Source: an uncultured delta proteobacterium
GTDB taxonomy: Bacteria > Myxococcota_A > Polyangia > Polyangiales > B10-G4
Reading direction: 5' to 3'
Assembly (NCBI GenBank): GCA_963727445.1
Contig: CAVSGI010000010.1
Location: 416,001-480,000 of the forward strand
DNA: 64,000 nucleotides
Translations under genes and position numbers: made by a program
The notes under the pieces: model-generated
The model's input: the letters and a program-made list of their open reading frames with translations, nothing else
Database searches by the model: none
Told to the model about the DNA's origin: nothing
Part shown: piece by piece, positions 23,229 to 35,023 of the stretch
Position numbering within the stretch: position 1 is the first letter of the stretch
How the letters are laid out: each line of letters starts with the position of its first letter

Positions 23229-23400
23229 GACAGGGCGGCTCGGCGCACTCGCCTTCGCGCACCGAGCACACACCGAGCAGGCCGTCTTCGATCACGCACT
23301 GCGCTCCGATCTCGGTGCACTCGCGGCTCGGCCCTCCGCTGCCGGAGCCGGTGGGGCAGCCCGCCAAGAGGCAGAGGGCGACGAGGGGCCAGAGCCTCAC
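23206..23400 (-). CDS. Small Cys-rich lipoprotein (64 aa)
   Basis: GTG start overlapping the PP2C stop; LLAGC lipobox; six further Cys. Confidence 0.6.
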   Translation of the reverse strand: MRLWPLVALCLLAGCPTGSGSGGPSRECTEIGAQCVIEDGLLGVCSVREGECAEPPCLICRPQH

Positions 23401-24426
23401 TCGTCTTCCTCGGAGAGGTCGGCGGGGTGGAGCGGCCGCTCCGACTGGCGGTGGGGCTCGACGATCTCCTGGATCACGTCGAGGAGGTCCTGACTGATGT
23501 CCTGGGCGGGGACCACGTGAATGGAGGAGCGGGCCTCGTCGTGGCCGAGGACCATGATCTCCGGGTAGTCGTCGTCGGTGCCCCCCTCGTATCCGATGGT
23601 GTGCTTGCGTTGGGGACGCGGGGCCTCGTCGACGCCCGGCGCGAGATTCGCAGCCGATCACCACCGCCGCGACGTTGTCGTCCATCGGGCCCTCCTTGGC
23701 GAGCTCGAGGAGCAGGCGTACCTGTTCTTCGGGCGTGCTCGCCAGCTCCAGGGCGTCGACCATCTGGTAGCCCGAGATCCGATCCGTGAGCCCATCGGAG
23801 CACAGGACGAAGCGATCGCCCGCGGCGAGCTCCCAGGTGCGGATGGTCGCGCGGATCGTGTCGCCCATTCCGAGCGCGCGGGTGATCACGTTGCGCGGCA
23901 GCCGCGAGAGCTGCGAATCAGGCATGTCCGGGCGGAGCGCGAGCACGTCGTTCATCAGCGTGTGGTCGTGCGTGAGAAGCTCGAAGATCCCGTTTCGAAG
24001 CCGGTAGCACCGGCTGTCTCCCACGTGGCCGATGTGCACCACGCTGCGGTCGGGCTCGAAGAAGGCGGCCACGATGGTGGTCCCCATGCCGCGGTATCGC
24101 TTCGAGGTCTTCGCGATGTCCGCGACCGCGCGATTCGCGCGATGGATCCCCGTCGACAGCCGGCGCGCCGCGGTCGAGAGCCCCACCGCGTCGTACTCCG
24201 GCTCGACGGTCGCGCGGTCCTCTGTCTCTTCGAAGTAGTGAGCCACGGTGCTCACCGCGAGGGTGCTCGCGACGTTGCCCGCGTTGTGCCCGCCCGCACC
24301 GTCGGCCAGCAGAAAGAGACCGAGGTCGGGGCGAAGCATGACCGTGTCCTCGTTGTGAGGTCGGGTCCCGATGTGGGTGTCACCGGCGCCGGTGACCTCG
24401 AGCGCGTGTTGGCCCGTCGTCTCCAT
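23397..24426 (-). CDS. PP2C/PPM Ser/Thr phosphatase (+1 frameshift near 23646)
   Basis: RPHNED, LADGAGG, GMGTT, HVGDSR, CSDGL, DN. The corrected tail ends ...DLSEEDE*. Confidence 0.88.
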
Positions 24427-24466
24427 GCGGCGAGTATCGAGGGCGCGCTCCAAACGCACAAGCGGG

Positions 24467-25990
<1,524 letters not shown>

Positions 25991-26050
25991 GACCCCTCAG
26001 ATTTAAGCATTCGGGGTGGGGGAGGGCAATCGTTCAGGTGGCCCCCCGGC

Positions 26051-27865
26051 TCAGAGCGCCCACATCATCTCTTCGAGGGCGCTGACGCAGTCGGTGACGC
26101 TCCCGTACATCTTGTCGCTGTAGCGGCCGTGGACCTCGTCCATGGCGTCCGCGCGGGTGTAGAAGCCGCTGTTCATGTCGCAGCTGACCGCCAGCCCGCC
26201 GTCCTCGGCCGCGTCGATGGACGCGCGGTAGGTTCCGTACTCCCCTTCGGCGCGGCGCTCGAGGCTCGCCGGATCGCGGCCATCCAGGACGTCCGCTGGG
26301 AAAGGATCGTAGCCCTGGGTGGTCATCCGCACGACGCAGGTGCCATCGCCTGGGCAGGAGACCTCGTTGACGTGCCAGTTGTAGTCGCCCTCGCACCAGG
26401 TGTCGCCACAGATGTCGTCGAGGGACTGGCGCACCTTCTCCGCCTCGCGGGCGTCGAGGATGGGGGTGGTCGCGGGCGGATCGTCCACGGCGGGATCGCG
26501 CGTGAAGGCGGAGCAGGCGGGGCGCTCCTCGGCCTCGCGCACGAAACGCCGCCAGCGGTAGACGGCCTCGGCGAGATACTCGATGTGCGCTGGTCCCACC
26601 TGGTCGACGGCGTCGAGGTCCGCCAGGGAGCGGAACCCGCGACGCTGGGCCGCCGCCACGTTGCGCGCGGCGTCGGAGCGAAAGTGGGGGAGGGCGTCGA
26701 GCTGCTCTTCGGTGGCGGTGTTCGCCATGTCGAGGACGAGCTCGAGGTCGTGCATCGACATGGCAGAGACGCCGTCGACGTGGTCGTTGGCGGGCGCCAT
26801 CAGCTCGGCCAACGTGCCCTCGCCGCGCTTGAAGGCTTCCCAGGTCGCCGAGAAGCGACGCAGCTTCCGCAACCCTTCGGTCCCGACGTAATAGGCGTTG
26901 CCCAGCCGGTCGAGGCTGCAGATCGCGCTCTGGGTGCGCTCTCCGTCGATGGACCGCGCCGCCCGCGTGTCGAGGATCGCGTCGAGGGTCCGCACGTCGG
27001 CGGTGTTCACGAAATCGAGGGTGAGCGCCGCTTCTTCCTGCGTGAAGGAGATGCCTTCGAGGTCGCCGGCGAGCGTCTCGCCTTCGATGGTGATGCCGGG
27101 GCACGCCGCGGCGAGGGTCTCGGCCGCGGCGACCGGCGCGTCGAGGCTCCCGCACTGAGTCAGCGCGGCGCGGGCGAAGATCCGCCAGTCGGCCATGCCG
27201 TCGCGCAGGTACTCCATGTGCCGGGTCCCGACGCCGAAGACCTCCGCGACCTCGGCGAGGCTGCTGAAACCGCCGCGGGCTCGCCGCTCGCGCACCAGGG
27301 AGCGGGCGGCGTCGGAGCGGAAGTGGGGGATGGCGTCGAGCTGCGAGGCGCTCGCGTACGAGGCCATCTCGAGGGCGACGAAGGCCTCGCCGGCGGTGAA
27401 GGGCGTCCCGTCGTAGGTGCCGCCGTCGGCCATCAGGTCCGCGACGGTGGCGTCTCCAGCATCGGCGATCTCCCACACGGCGCTGAACTGGCGTGCGCGC
27501 TCGAGGTTGGCGGGGCCGACCTGCGGCAGGTCCGCCAGCTCGCCCACGTTGCAGAGCGTGCCGCGTTCGGCGCGAGCGGTGACGATGCTGCGTGCCGTGT
27601 CGGCGTCGAGCCCCGCGCCCATCGCGCGATCGAGCTCTTCCTGCGACGCCTTGTTGGCCATGTCGAGGACCAGCTCCGCCTCGCGGCGGGTGAGCTCGAC
27701 GCCGTCGTACTCGCCGCCACGGGCGATGCAGGCGGCGTCGTCCGAGGCGTCATCGGCCTTGCCGCCGCCTCCGAGGCCGGGCGAGCCCGGGGCCGGGCCG
27801 CCCATGGCGCAGGCGCCGAGTCCGAGGAGGCTGAGAAGGCAAGCGAGGCGAAGGTGGGCATGCAT
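26051..27865 (-). CDS. Lipoprotein with four ComEA-like helix-hairpin-helix modules and a Cys-containing C-terminal domain
   Basis: LGAC lipobox, GKAD; repeats of N(K/T)A..LD..A..I...R..F....L....VG; DDICGDTWCEGDY. Confidence 0.75.
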   Translation of the reverse strand: MHAHLRLACLLSLLGLGACAMGGPAPGSPGLGGGGKADDASDDAACIARGGEYDGVELTRREAELVLDMANKASQEELDRAMGAGLDADTARSIVTARAERGTLCNVGELADLPQVGPANLERARQFSAVWEIADAGDATVADLMADGGTYDGTPFTAGEAFVALEMASYASASQLDAIPHFRSDAARSLVRERRARGGFSSLAEVAEVFGVGTRHMEYLRDGMADWRIFARAALTQCGSLDAPVAAAETLAAACPGITIEGETLAGDLEGISFTQEEAALTLDFVNTADVRTLDAILDTRAARSIDGERTQSAICSLDRLGNAYYVGTEGLRKLRRFSATWEAFKRGEGTLAELMAPANDHVDGVSAMSMHDLELVLDMANTATEEQLDALPHFRSDAARNVAAAQRRGFRSLADLDAVDQVGPAHIEYLAEAVYRWRRFVREAEERPACSAFTRDPAVDDPPATTPILDAREAEKVRQSLDDICGDTWCEGDYNWHVNEVSCPGDGTCVVRMTTQGYDPFPADVLDGRDPASLERRAEGEYGTYRASIDAAEDGGLAVSCDMNSGFYTRADAMDEVHGRYSDKMYGSVTDCVSALEEMMWAL

Positions 27866-28052
27866 GGGGAAGCTCCGGTTGGTGCTTCCGCGATTTCGCA
27901 ATGGGCGTACCATTTCGATTAAGCCAGTGATTTCAATCTGCCAACCGAAGTAGCCGGCGGCTACTCCGGCCGAGATCGACGCGGCTGGCCAGGCGATCCG
28001 GAAGCTTTCGTGGCCAGCATGGGGGGTTGTCGTAGGATCGCCGCCGCCCCTG

Positions 28053-28604
28053 ATGGCCGACGAGAAACGACGCATCGCCCTCATCTCCACCGGCGGGACC
28101 ATCGAGAAGACCTACGACTCGCTCTCCGGGGTGCTGGCGAACCAGGTCTCCGTGTTGGACGTGATGCTCACCCAGCTCCAAACAGAGGGGGTCGAGCTGG
28201 TTCGGGTCCCCCTGATGAACAAGGACAGCCTCGACATGAGCGAGGTGGACCACACGCTCATCGCCAACACGGCCCTGTCGATGGGGGAGGCCCACGATGG
28301 CGTGGTGGTGGTGCATGGAACCGACCGCCTCGCGGTCACCGGCGAGCGCATCCACGAAGTCTCGGGCGGCCGTCCTCCCGTCCCGGTCGTCCTGACCGGC
28401 GCGATGCAGCCCTACGCGCTCCGCACCACCGACGCGATCCAGAACCTCACCGAAGCGCTCCTCGCCGTCCAGCTCGTGAGCCCTGGTGTCTACGTCGCCA
28501 TGCACAACAAGGTGCTCGCCTTCCCGGGCGTGGTGAAAGACACCGAAGCCGGCACTTTCACCGGTGGTGTGGTGGTCCGCGCGACAGCGTCCGGCCACTC
28601 CTGA
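28053..28604 (+). CDS. Short asparaginase (N-terminal catalytic domain only)
   Basis: STGGTIEK, NKDS, HGTD, LTGAM. Confidence 0.85.
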   Translation: MADEKRRIALISTGGTIEKTYDSLSGVLANQVSVLDVMLTQLQTEGVELVRVPLMNKDSLDMSEVDHTLIANTALSMGEAHDGVVVVHGTDRLAVTGERIHEVSGGRPPVPVVLTGAMQPYALRTTDAIQNLTEALLAVQLVSPGVYVAMHNKVLAFPGVVKDTEAGTFTGGVVVRATASGHS

Positions 28605-28697
28605 TCACAGCGGCGGCACGGATCGTCAGCGCGCCGCCGAAAACAGGCGCCGGCGCACCAGGTGGCGCAGATCGACAGGCCGCGCTGAACAACGTCA

Positions 28698-29087
28698 TCA
28701 GGGGGTGGTGACGACCGTCATGATGTTGGCGCGCTGGAGCTCCGGCGGGTCGTAGTCTTGGACGTGGGAGAGACGCGTGCGCGCCGTGGGTCGAGCCGCG
28801 CAGTCGGTGCTGGGGTCGCAGTAGGCCGGCGCCGCGCGTGCGAACCGTGACGGCGCCCGCCGCGATCCCCCGATCTCGGCCACTCGAATCCCGAGGAGCC
28901 CGTCTCGTTCAGCGTCGACCGCCGTGTCGGCGCGTGCTCCCCCGCCGCCCCAGAGCACTTCGGTGGCCACCTGGGAGAATTCGATTCCCGGCACGTAGTC
29001 GGTCTTCAGATCGACGGTGAGCTCGAGGCCACCGTCGCACCCGAGGCCAGCGATCAGCGAGAGAAGCAACAGCAGGCCGAGACGCAC
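28698..29087 (-). pseudogene. Truncated or frameshifted remnant of a lipoprotein gene
   Basis: LGC lipobox and VDLKTDYVPGIEF; the coding signal decays after about 28870. Confidence 0.4.
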
Positions 29088-29184
29088 GACGGCGATACTA
29101 CACTCGCACCGCTAGGGGCGTGGGCCCGCGGCGTCAACGGTGGCGCAGATCGACAGTGGTTCCCGGGGTGCCGAGAGGAGCTGA

Positions 29185-30624
29185 TCACTCCGCGCGCCTG
29201 CCCAGCGCTCTGTCGAGGGCCGCGTGGGCTACGTGGAGTGACGCCTCGGCGTCCACCACCACCGCCTTCGCTGCCGCCGCGGCTTCCTCGCGGAGGTTCA
29301 CCACGAAGAGCTGGGTCGCCCCCAACTCGAAGCGCGTGCGCTCCGCTGCGGCGACCGCGTCGGCGACGTCGGCGGCTTCGCGCGCCAGAGAGAGGGAGCG
29401 CTCGGCGGCGCGGACCGCGCTGTGAGCGTCACGCACCTGCGCTTCGACGCGATCTCTGGCCAGGCGCGCTTCGGCCGTGAGGCCCGCGAGCTCGGCATCG
29501 ATGCGCACGACGTTCCCCCGGGCCTCTCGGTTCTGAAGGGGGAGGGCGAAGGTGAGTGAGGCCTCGACGACGGCGGGGCCCAGCACCTCGCGCTGGGCGT
29601 CGGTTCCGTCGCCGAGGTCGACCGAAGCCCCGATGCCGAAGTCGATCCGAGGCGCGCGCGCGTTCTCCGCGAGCGAGAGGCTCACCTCCTGTTGGGCGAT
29701 TCTGGCCTGATAGCGCGCGGACTCGGGCCGGTCGTTCCAGGCGCGATCGACGGCCGTCCGGAGATCGAAGCGGAGCGCGGCCAGCGGTGGGAGATCGCGC
29801 GGCAAGCGACCGGCCCCTGGCACCCGAGGCGAGCCGGCGCGGTCTCGGTAGTAGAGGGACAGCGCGATCGCCGCCTGCTCCACTGCGCGCTCGGCCGAGA
29901 CCAGCGCGGTGCGTCGCGCGACGACCACCCGCTGGTTTTCGAGCGACTCGATCGCGGGAAGGTGTCCCGCCTCGACCTTGGCCGCGAGCTGCGCCTGACG
30001 CGTCTCCGCGATCGACAACAGCTGCTGCGCGATCTCGTACCTCCGCCCAGCCGCGACCCAACGGAAGTAGGCGACGGAGGCATCGAGGCGCAGCGACAGG
30101 CGCCCCTCCGAGAGCGACGCTTCCGCGATGTCGACCTGCTGGTCGGCGCGACGACGCCGCGCGCGGGCGGCGTCGATGGGACCGTCGCGCAGGAGCGGGA
30201 TCCGCGCGCCCACCGAGAGCTCACCGCCGTCGAGGGTGCCGTAGCCGCCGCGATAGGCGGGGATCTCGCCAGAGCCGATCCGCCAGCCAGCGTAGAAGCG
30301 CGCACCCCACAGGGGCGTCGGCTGCTCGAGGCCGACCCGCGCACGCCCCCAGTCGTAGTAGCCGAGGGGCGCGACGTAGCCGTCCGCGACGAGGGAGAGG
30401 TCGAAGGCGCCTTCGGAGGAGAGCGCCTCGCCTTCCGCGGCGCGGATCTGCTCCCGCCCGGCGATCAGCGCCGGATGATGCGTCTCTACCGAGGCGAGGA
30501 CCGCGCCTAGCGTCAGCGGCCCCCCGCTCCGAAAGGAGCGATCTTCCTCCTGTGCGAAGGCGATCTCGGGAGCGCCCGTCACAGCCAGGGCGATCAGATG
30601 GAGCATGGACCACGCGCGGCTCAT
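29185..30624 (-). CDS. TolC-family outer-membrane protein
   Basis: Signal peptide, GAFD, PLLRDG, LPLQNR, LFVVNLRE. Confidence 0.88.
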   Translation of the reverse strand: MSRAWSMLHLIALAVTGAPEIAFAQEEDRSFRSGGPLTLGAVLASVETHHPALIAGREQIRAAEGEALSSEGAFDLSLVADGYVAPLGYYDWGRARVGLEQPTPLWGARFYAGWRIGSGEIPAYRGGYGTLDGGELSVGARIPLLRDGPIDAARARRRRADQQVDIAEASLSEGRLSLRLDASVAYFRWVAAGRRYEIAQQLLSIAETRQAQLAAKVEAGHLPAIESLENQRVVVARRTALVSAERAVEQAAIALSLYYRDRAGSPRVPGAGRLPRDLPPLAALRFDLRTAVDRAWNDRPESARYQARIAQQEVSLSLAENARAPRIDFGIGASVDLGDGTDAQREVLGPAVVEASLTFALPLQNREARGNVVRIDAELAGLTAEARLARDRVEAQVRDAHSAVRAAERSLSLAREAADVADAVAAAERTRFELGATQLFVVNLREEAAAAAKAVVVDAEASLHVAHAALDRALGRRAE

Positions 30625-31938
30625 CGCGGTGCACCTACGCTCTCGGAGGGGGGCGTGCCGAGCTTCGGGGGAAACCCGTTGAGCAGCCGCCAGAGCTCGA
30701 AGCCGACGCTCACCCTCTCGAGGAGGACCCAACCGTTGGCGCGGGCGCCCTGCCGCAAGAAGCGAGAGCTCGGCCAGGGCTCATCGTCCGGATCGGGGAC
30801 CACCACCGCGCGAAAGTCACCGTTGCCGTCGTCGGTGGCGTCTACGAAGGCGACGCGTCCGCCGAAGGTCCCCACCGCGACCGAGGGCCAGCCCGTGAAC
30901 TGCACCGCGGGCCACCCTTCGAACTGAAGGCGCACGGAGCGGCCAGGGCTGATCAGCGCGGCGTCGTTTCCGTCGACCCAGATCTCCACCGCGCGCTGTT
31001 CCGTGTCGGGCACGAGGAGCGCGAGCGTGTCGCCGGCGCTGACCTGCTCACCGCCCTGATTCGCGACGAGCCGGAAGATGGTGCCTGCGCGGGGCGCGGT
31101 GACGACCTGGGCCTCCTGACGCGAGAATCCGCACGTCGAGCTGGGCGAGGGCGGCCCGCATCGCGGCGACGTCGCTCTCGGCGGAGCGCAGCGACGCCCG
31201 CGCACCCTCCAGCTCGGCGTCCCGCTCGCCGCGCGCGCGGTCCACCGATGCCCCCGCGGAGGAGAGCTGATCGCGGACGGCGCGCGCGCGGGCGCGTCGG
31301 GCGTCGAGATCCGTCCGCGCCTGCGCGTGGGCGAGCTCGGCGAGCTCGCGATCCCGGGCCGAGGCCAGGCCCTGCTCGTAGAGGGAGGTGAGGCGCGTGA
31401 GGTTGAGCTCCGCGGTGCGCAGGGCCGCTGTGGCGGCCTGCTCGGCCTGGTCCGCGACCTCGACCGCGCGCTCGGCCGCGCGGCGGTCGGCGCGATGCGA
31501 CTCGATGGAGCCGTCCTGCGCCCGGCTCACGGCGTCGATGCGCGCCGCCTGCGCTGCAGCGCGATCCTCGTAGCTCCGCAGTCGCTCGGCGATGGCGCTC
31601 CGCTCCGCCTCGAGCCGCGCCATGAGCAACGGGTCGTTGTCGGAGAGGCGGACGACGGGGTCCCCTTCGTTCACGACGCTTCCCTCCTGCACGAACCATT
31701 CGGCGACCCGCCCAGTGACCGGCGCTTCGAGGGCCTGACGCCGCTCGAGAGGCGCGTAGGCGATGACCCGCCCGGTGCCGCGCACGCTCTGCTGCCAGGG
31801 GGAGGAGAGCGCGAAGACGATGAACACGCCGAAGGCCGCGGCCAGCGTCCACGCGACCCGGCGCGCTCGCGTCGGCGGCGGCACGAGGCGCGCCGAGGAG
31901 AGCCCGGGGCTTCGGTAGGGATGGGCGGTGGAGGGCAT
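30621..31938 (-). CDS. HlyD-family adaptor (+1 frameshift near 31126)
   Basis: PWQQSVRGTG, APVTGRV, coiled coil, QFEGWPAVQFTGWP, ELWRLLNGFPP. Confidence 0.88.
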
Positions 31939-31939
31939 T

Positions 31940-34030
31940 TCAGTCTTCGTCCTTCATCACACGCACGCGGTCAATCTGCTGCGCCAGGGTCTCGGAGTGG
32001 GTCACCACGAGAAGGGTCCAGGTCGCATCTTCGGCGAGGAGCACGCCGAGCAGCTCTTCGCAGGTCTCGGCGTCGAGCCCGTCCAAGGCGCCGTCGATGA
32101 CCAACAGGGCCGGGTCGCCTGCCACCGCACGGGCCACGACCAGACGCAGCGCGTGGGACGGAGACAGCGGCGCGCCTCCCGGCATCAGTCGGGTGTGAAT
32201 CCCGTCTTCGAGGCGGCTCACCTCTTCGCCGAGGCCGACCCGATCGAGCGCCGCGCGTGCGCGCGTGACGTCGACGCCGCGACGACCGAAGGCGACGTTG
32301 TCGAAGACGGTACCAGCCACCACGTCCGCGCCCCGGACGAGCGCAGCCCGCGCGCGGAGACCCTCGGCGTCGAGATCGTCGAGGTCCACGCCATCGATGT
32401 TCACCCGCCGATCGCCGTCGCGATGGAGCCCGAGGATCGCGTCCACGATCGGGCTCTGGCCCGCGTCTCGGTCGACCAGCAGGGCCCTGTCACCAGGGGC
32501 CAGCGCGAGTTCGCGGGTCTCGACGCGCGCGCCTCGGGGGTCGTTCGCGACACAGGGAGCGCTCCCGCCGGACTCCATGGGGAGGTCGACGAGACGCCCG
32601 ATCTTCTCGAGGGCGGCGAGGAGGTCGTAGACCGTCTCGAGGTGCTTGCCGACCTTGGCGAAGGAGGCGACGACCATCGTCACAATCAGCTCCGCCGCGA
32701 CGAGCTGCCCGAGGGTGAGCTGCCGGTCGATCACGAGAAAGCCGCCGATGCCGAGGATGCCGGCGCTCGCGAAGGCATGGAGCGAGAGCGCACCGACCAG
32801 CTGACGGAAGACGACGCGGAAGTGGCGCTCGCGACTCTGGATGTAGTCGGCAGCGAGCACATCGGCGCGATCGCGCGCGAGCGCCGGGCCGCCGGCGAGC
32901 TTGAAGGTCGCGGGATGGCGCGCGACCTCCTCGAGCCAGCCTGCGACGGCGTACTTGGCCTTCGATTCGGCGACCGCGGTGTGGGTGGCGCCGCGCCCGA
33001 GGCCGAAGAGGATGACGCAGACGAGCAGGATCAGGATCACGTCGAAGGCCAACAGGAGCGGGTGGTAGAAGGCCAGCACCAGCATCCCGACCGCGGCGGT
33101 CAGCACCACCTCGAGGCCGCCGATGAGCAGCGAGGATGCGGCCTTCTGGATGGTGAAGACGTCGAAGAAGCGGTTGAGCAGCTCGGGCCCGTGGGCACGG
33201 GAAAAGGCCGACAGAGAAACCCGCGGCAGGCGGTGCGACAAATCGTCGACCAGCGAGACGAAGATGCGCCGCTGCAGGATCTCCACCACCCACGCCTGTA
33301 GTGCCCGGAGCACGCCCGCGAACGCGAGGCCGGCGAGCAGGAGGACGCTGAGGACGAGGACCGGTTGGAGCAGCGTTCCGAAGGCGACGGTGTTGACGAG
33401 GGCCTGAACCGCGATCGGCGTGGCCAGAGTGAGGAGGCCTGCACCGACGGCGTAGAGCAGCACCACCACGATGTCCTGCCGCTCTCGCGTCACCAGGCGC
33501 TGTAGTCGAAGCCAGGGCGAGGTCGGATGGCTCGACGTCGGCCCGTCATTCGCGGGCAGAAGCGACGGCGGATCGATGGCCAACCAGCGAATGGTTCCGG
33601 CGGCGTCCTCCGGCAAGAGGGCGTGGAGCCCGTCTCGGGACAGGACTCTGGGCTCGGCGCTCGCCCAGGTCTCGACCTCGGTGCCAAAGCCCTGGCGGCC
33701 GACGACCAGGATCCAGCCCCCGCTGTCGTCGACTGCGACCGCCGGGTGCTCCGGACCCACCGAGGCGCGAAGATCCGCGACCGTCCCTTCGAACATCCGC
33801 GCGCGAAGGCCGAGATCGGTGACGGCGCGCTCCACCGTGGTGAGCGGATGCGCCTCCATCCAGCGTTCGGCGCGCGTGACCGCTCGCCGAATGGCTTCGA
33901 GAGTAGGCGTCGCCCCCGCTCGATCCGCGACCCGTTCGAGGAGGGTCTGTAGCCAATCGCGGTCGAGACCAAGCGAGGGCCGAGAGCCGTCACTTCCCGT
34001 GCTACCGAGTGATTCCATCACCGGGTACAC
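31940..34030 (-). CDS. T1SS-type ABC exporter with C39-like N-terminus and degenerate NBD
   Basis: ABC membrane domain (LTLGQLVAAEL, NRFFDV); NBD motifs are non-canonical. Confidence 0.85.
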   Translation of the reverse strand: MYPVMESLGSTGSDGSRPSLGLDRDWLQTLLERVADRAGATPTLEAIRRAVTRAERWMEAHPLTTVERAVTDLGLRARMFEGTVADLRASVGPEHPAVAVDDSGGWILVVGRQGFGTEVETWASAEPRVLSRDGLHALLPEDAAGTIRWLAIDPPSLLPANDGPTSSHPTSPWLRLQRLVTRERQDIVVVLLYAVGAGLLTLATPIAVQALVNTVAFGTLLQPVLVLSVLLLAGLAFAGVLRALQAWVVEILQRRIFVSLVDDLSHRLPRVSLSAFSRAHGPELLNRFFDVFTIQKAASSLLIGGLEVVLTAAVGMLVLAFYHPLLLAFDVILILLVCVILFGLGRGATHTAVAESKAKYAVAGWLEEVARHPATFKLAGGPALARDRADVLAADYIQSRERHFRVVFRQLVGALSLHAFASAGILGIGGFLVIDRQLTLGQLVAAELIVTMVVASFAKVGKHLETVYDLLAALEKIGRLVDLPMESGGSAPCVANDPRGARVETRELALAPGDRALLVDRDAGQSPIVDAILGLHRDGDRRVNIDGVDLDDLDAEGLRARAALVRGADVVAGTVFDNVAFGRRGVDVTRARAALDRVGLGEEVSRLEDGIHTRLMPGGAPLSPSHALRLVVARAVAGDPALLVIDGALDGLDAETCEELLGVLLAEDATWTLLVVTHSETLAQQIDRVRVMKDED

Positions 34031-34079
34031 CTCTAAGGCTCGCCAACGATGCGAACAAATCGATAATATGGAGATTGAT

Positions 34080-34096
34080 ATTCGAAAAAAACGAAT
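34080..34096. promoter_or_regulatory. LysR-type operator (T-N11-A)
   Basis: Perfect inverted repeat ATTCG-A7-CGAAT in the AT-rich gap between divergent ABC and nhaR genes. Confidence 0.7.
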
Positions 34097-34109
34097 CTAG
34101 GGTTGGCCC

Positions 34110-35012
34110 GTGGCGTGGCTGAACTATCACCACCTCTTCTATTTCTGGACCGTTGCCGAAGAGGGGTCGGTCACGGCGGCCGCGCAGACTTTGCGACTCT
34201 CTCAGCCCACGATCAGCGGCCAGGTGAAGATGCTTGAGGAAGCGCTGGGCGAGAAGCTCTTCCGGCGTTCGGGTAGAAACCTCGAGCTCACCGAGATGGG
34301 AAAGGTCGCGCATCGCTACGCCGGCGAGATCTTCGGGCTCGGGCGCGAGATGCAGGACGTCATCGCGGGGCGTACCGCGCGCGCTCCTCAGAAGCTGACG
34401 ATCGGCGTCAGCGATCTGGTCCCGAAGCTCGTCCTGCACCGCCTGATCGAACCGGCGCTCACGATGGACGAGAGCGTGCGCGTGGTCTGCCGCGAGGACA
34501 AGACCGAACGCCTCCTCGCCGAGCTTTCGGTCCACGATCTCGATCTGGTGATCGCTGAGGAGCCCATCGCCGGGCATGCGAGCGTTCGAGCTTTCAACCA
34601 CCTCCTCGGTGAGACCGACGTCGGCTTCTTCGCGACGGCCAAGCTCGCGCGGAAGTACGAGCGCAACTTCCCCTCCTCACTCGACGGAGCGCCGCTGCTC
34701 GTGCCCACCGAGAACACGCTTCTGAGGCGCGCGCTCGAGCACTGGTTCTCCGATCTCGACATCCGCCCGCAGATCGTGGCCGAGTTCGAAGACAGTGCGC
34801 TCCTGAAGGCCTTCGGTGCCGAGGGCGCGGGCATCTTCCCTGGCCCGAGCGCCTTCGCCGACGAGATCTGCGACGCGTATCGCGTCAGACCGGTCGGATC
34901 GACCCACGGTGTGGTCGAGCGCTTCTACGCCATCACCGTCGAGCGCCGCATCAAGCACCCCGCGGTGCAGCTGATCAGCGCCAACGCCAAAGAGCGCCTC
35001 TTCCCCGTCTAG
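34110..35012 (+). CDS. nhaR: LysR-family activator NhaR
   Basis: WLNYHHLFYFW, LSQPTISGQ, EFEDSALLKAFG, ERRIKHPAV. Confidence 0.88.
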   Translation: MAWLNYHHLFYFWTVAEEGSVTAAAQTLRLSQPTISGQVKMLEEALGEKLFRRSGRNLELTEMGKVAHRYAGEIFGLGREMQDVIAGRTARAPQKLTIGVSDLVPKLVLHRLIEPALTMDESVRVVCREDKTERLLAELSVHDLDLVIAEEPIAGHASVRAFNHLLGETDVGFFATAKLARKYERNFPSSLDGAPLLVPTENTLLRRALEHWFSDLDIRPQIVAEFEDSALLKAFGAEGAGIFPGPSAFADEICDAYRVRPVGSTHGVVERFYAITVERRIKHPAVQLISANAKERLFPV

Positions 35013-35023
35013 GAGGGGACGCG

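Noticed and set aside
23206..24459. PP2C fused to a TM/Cys-rich domain (417 aa)
   Set aside because: An artefact of the frameshift near 23646. The corrected PP2C stops at 23397 and the lipoprotein has its own GTG.
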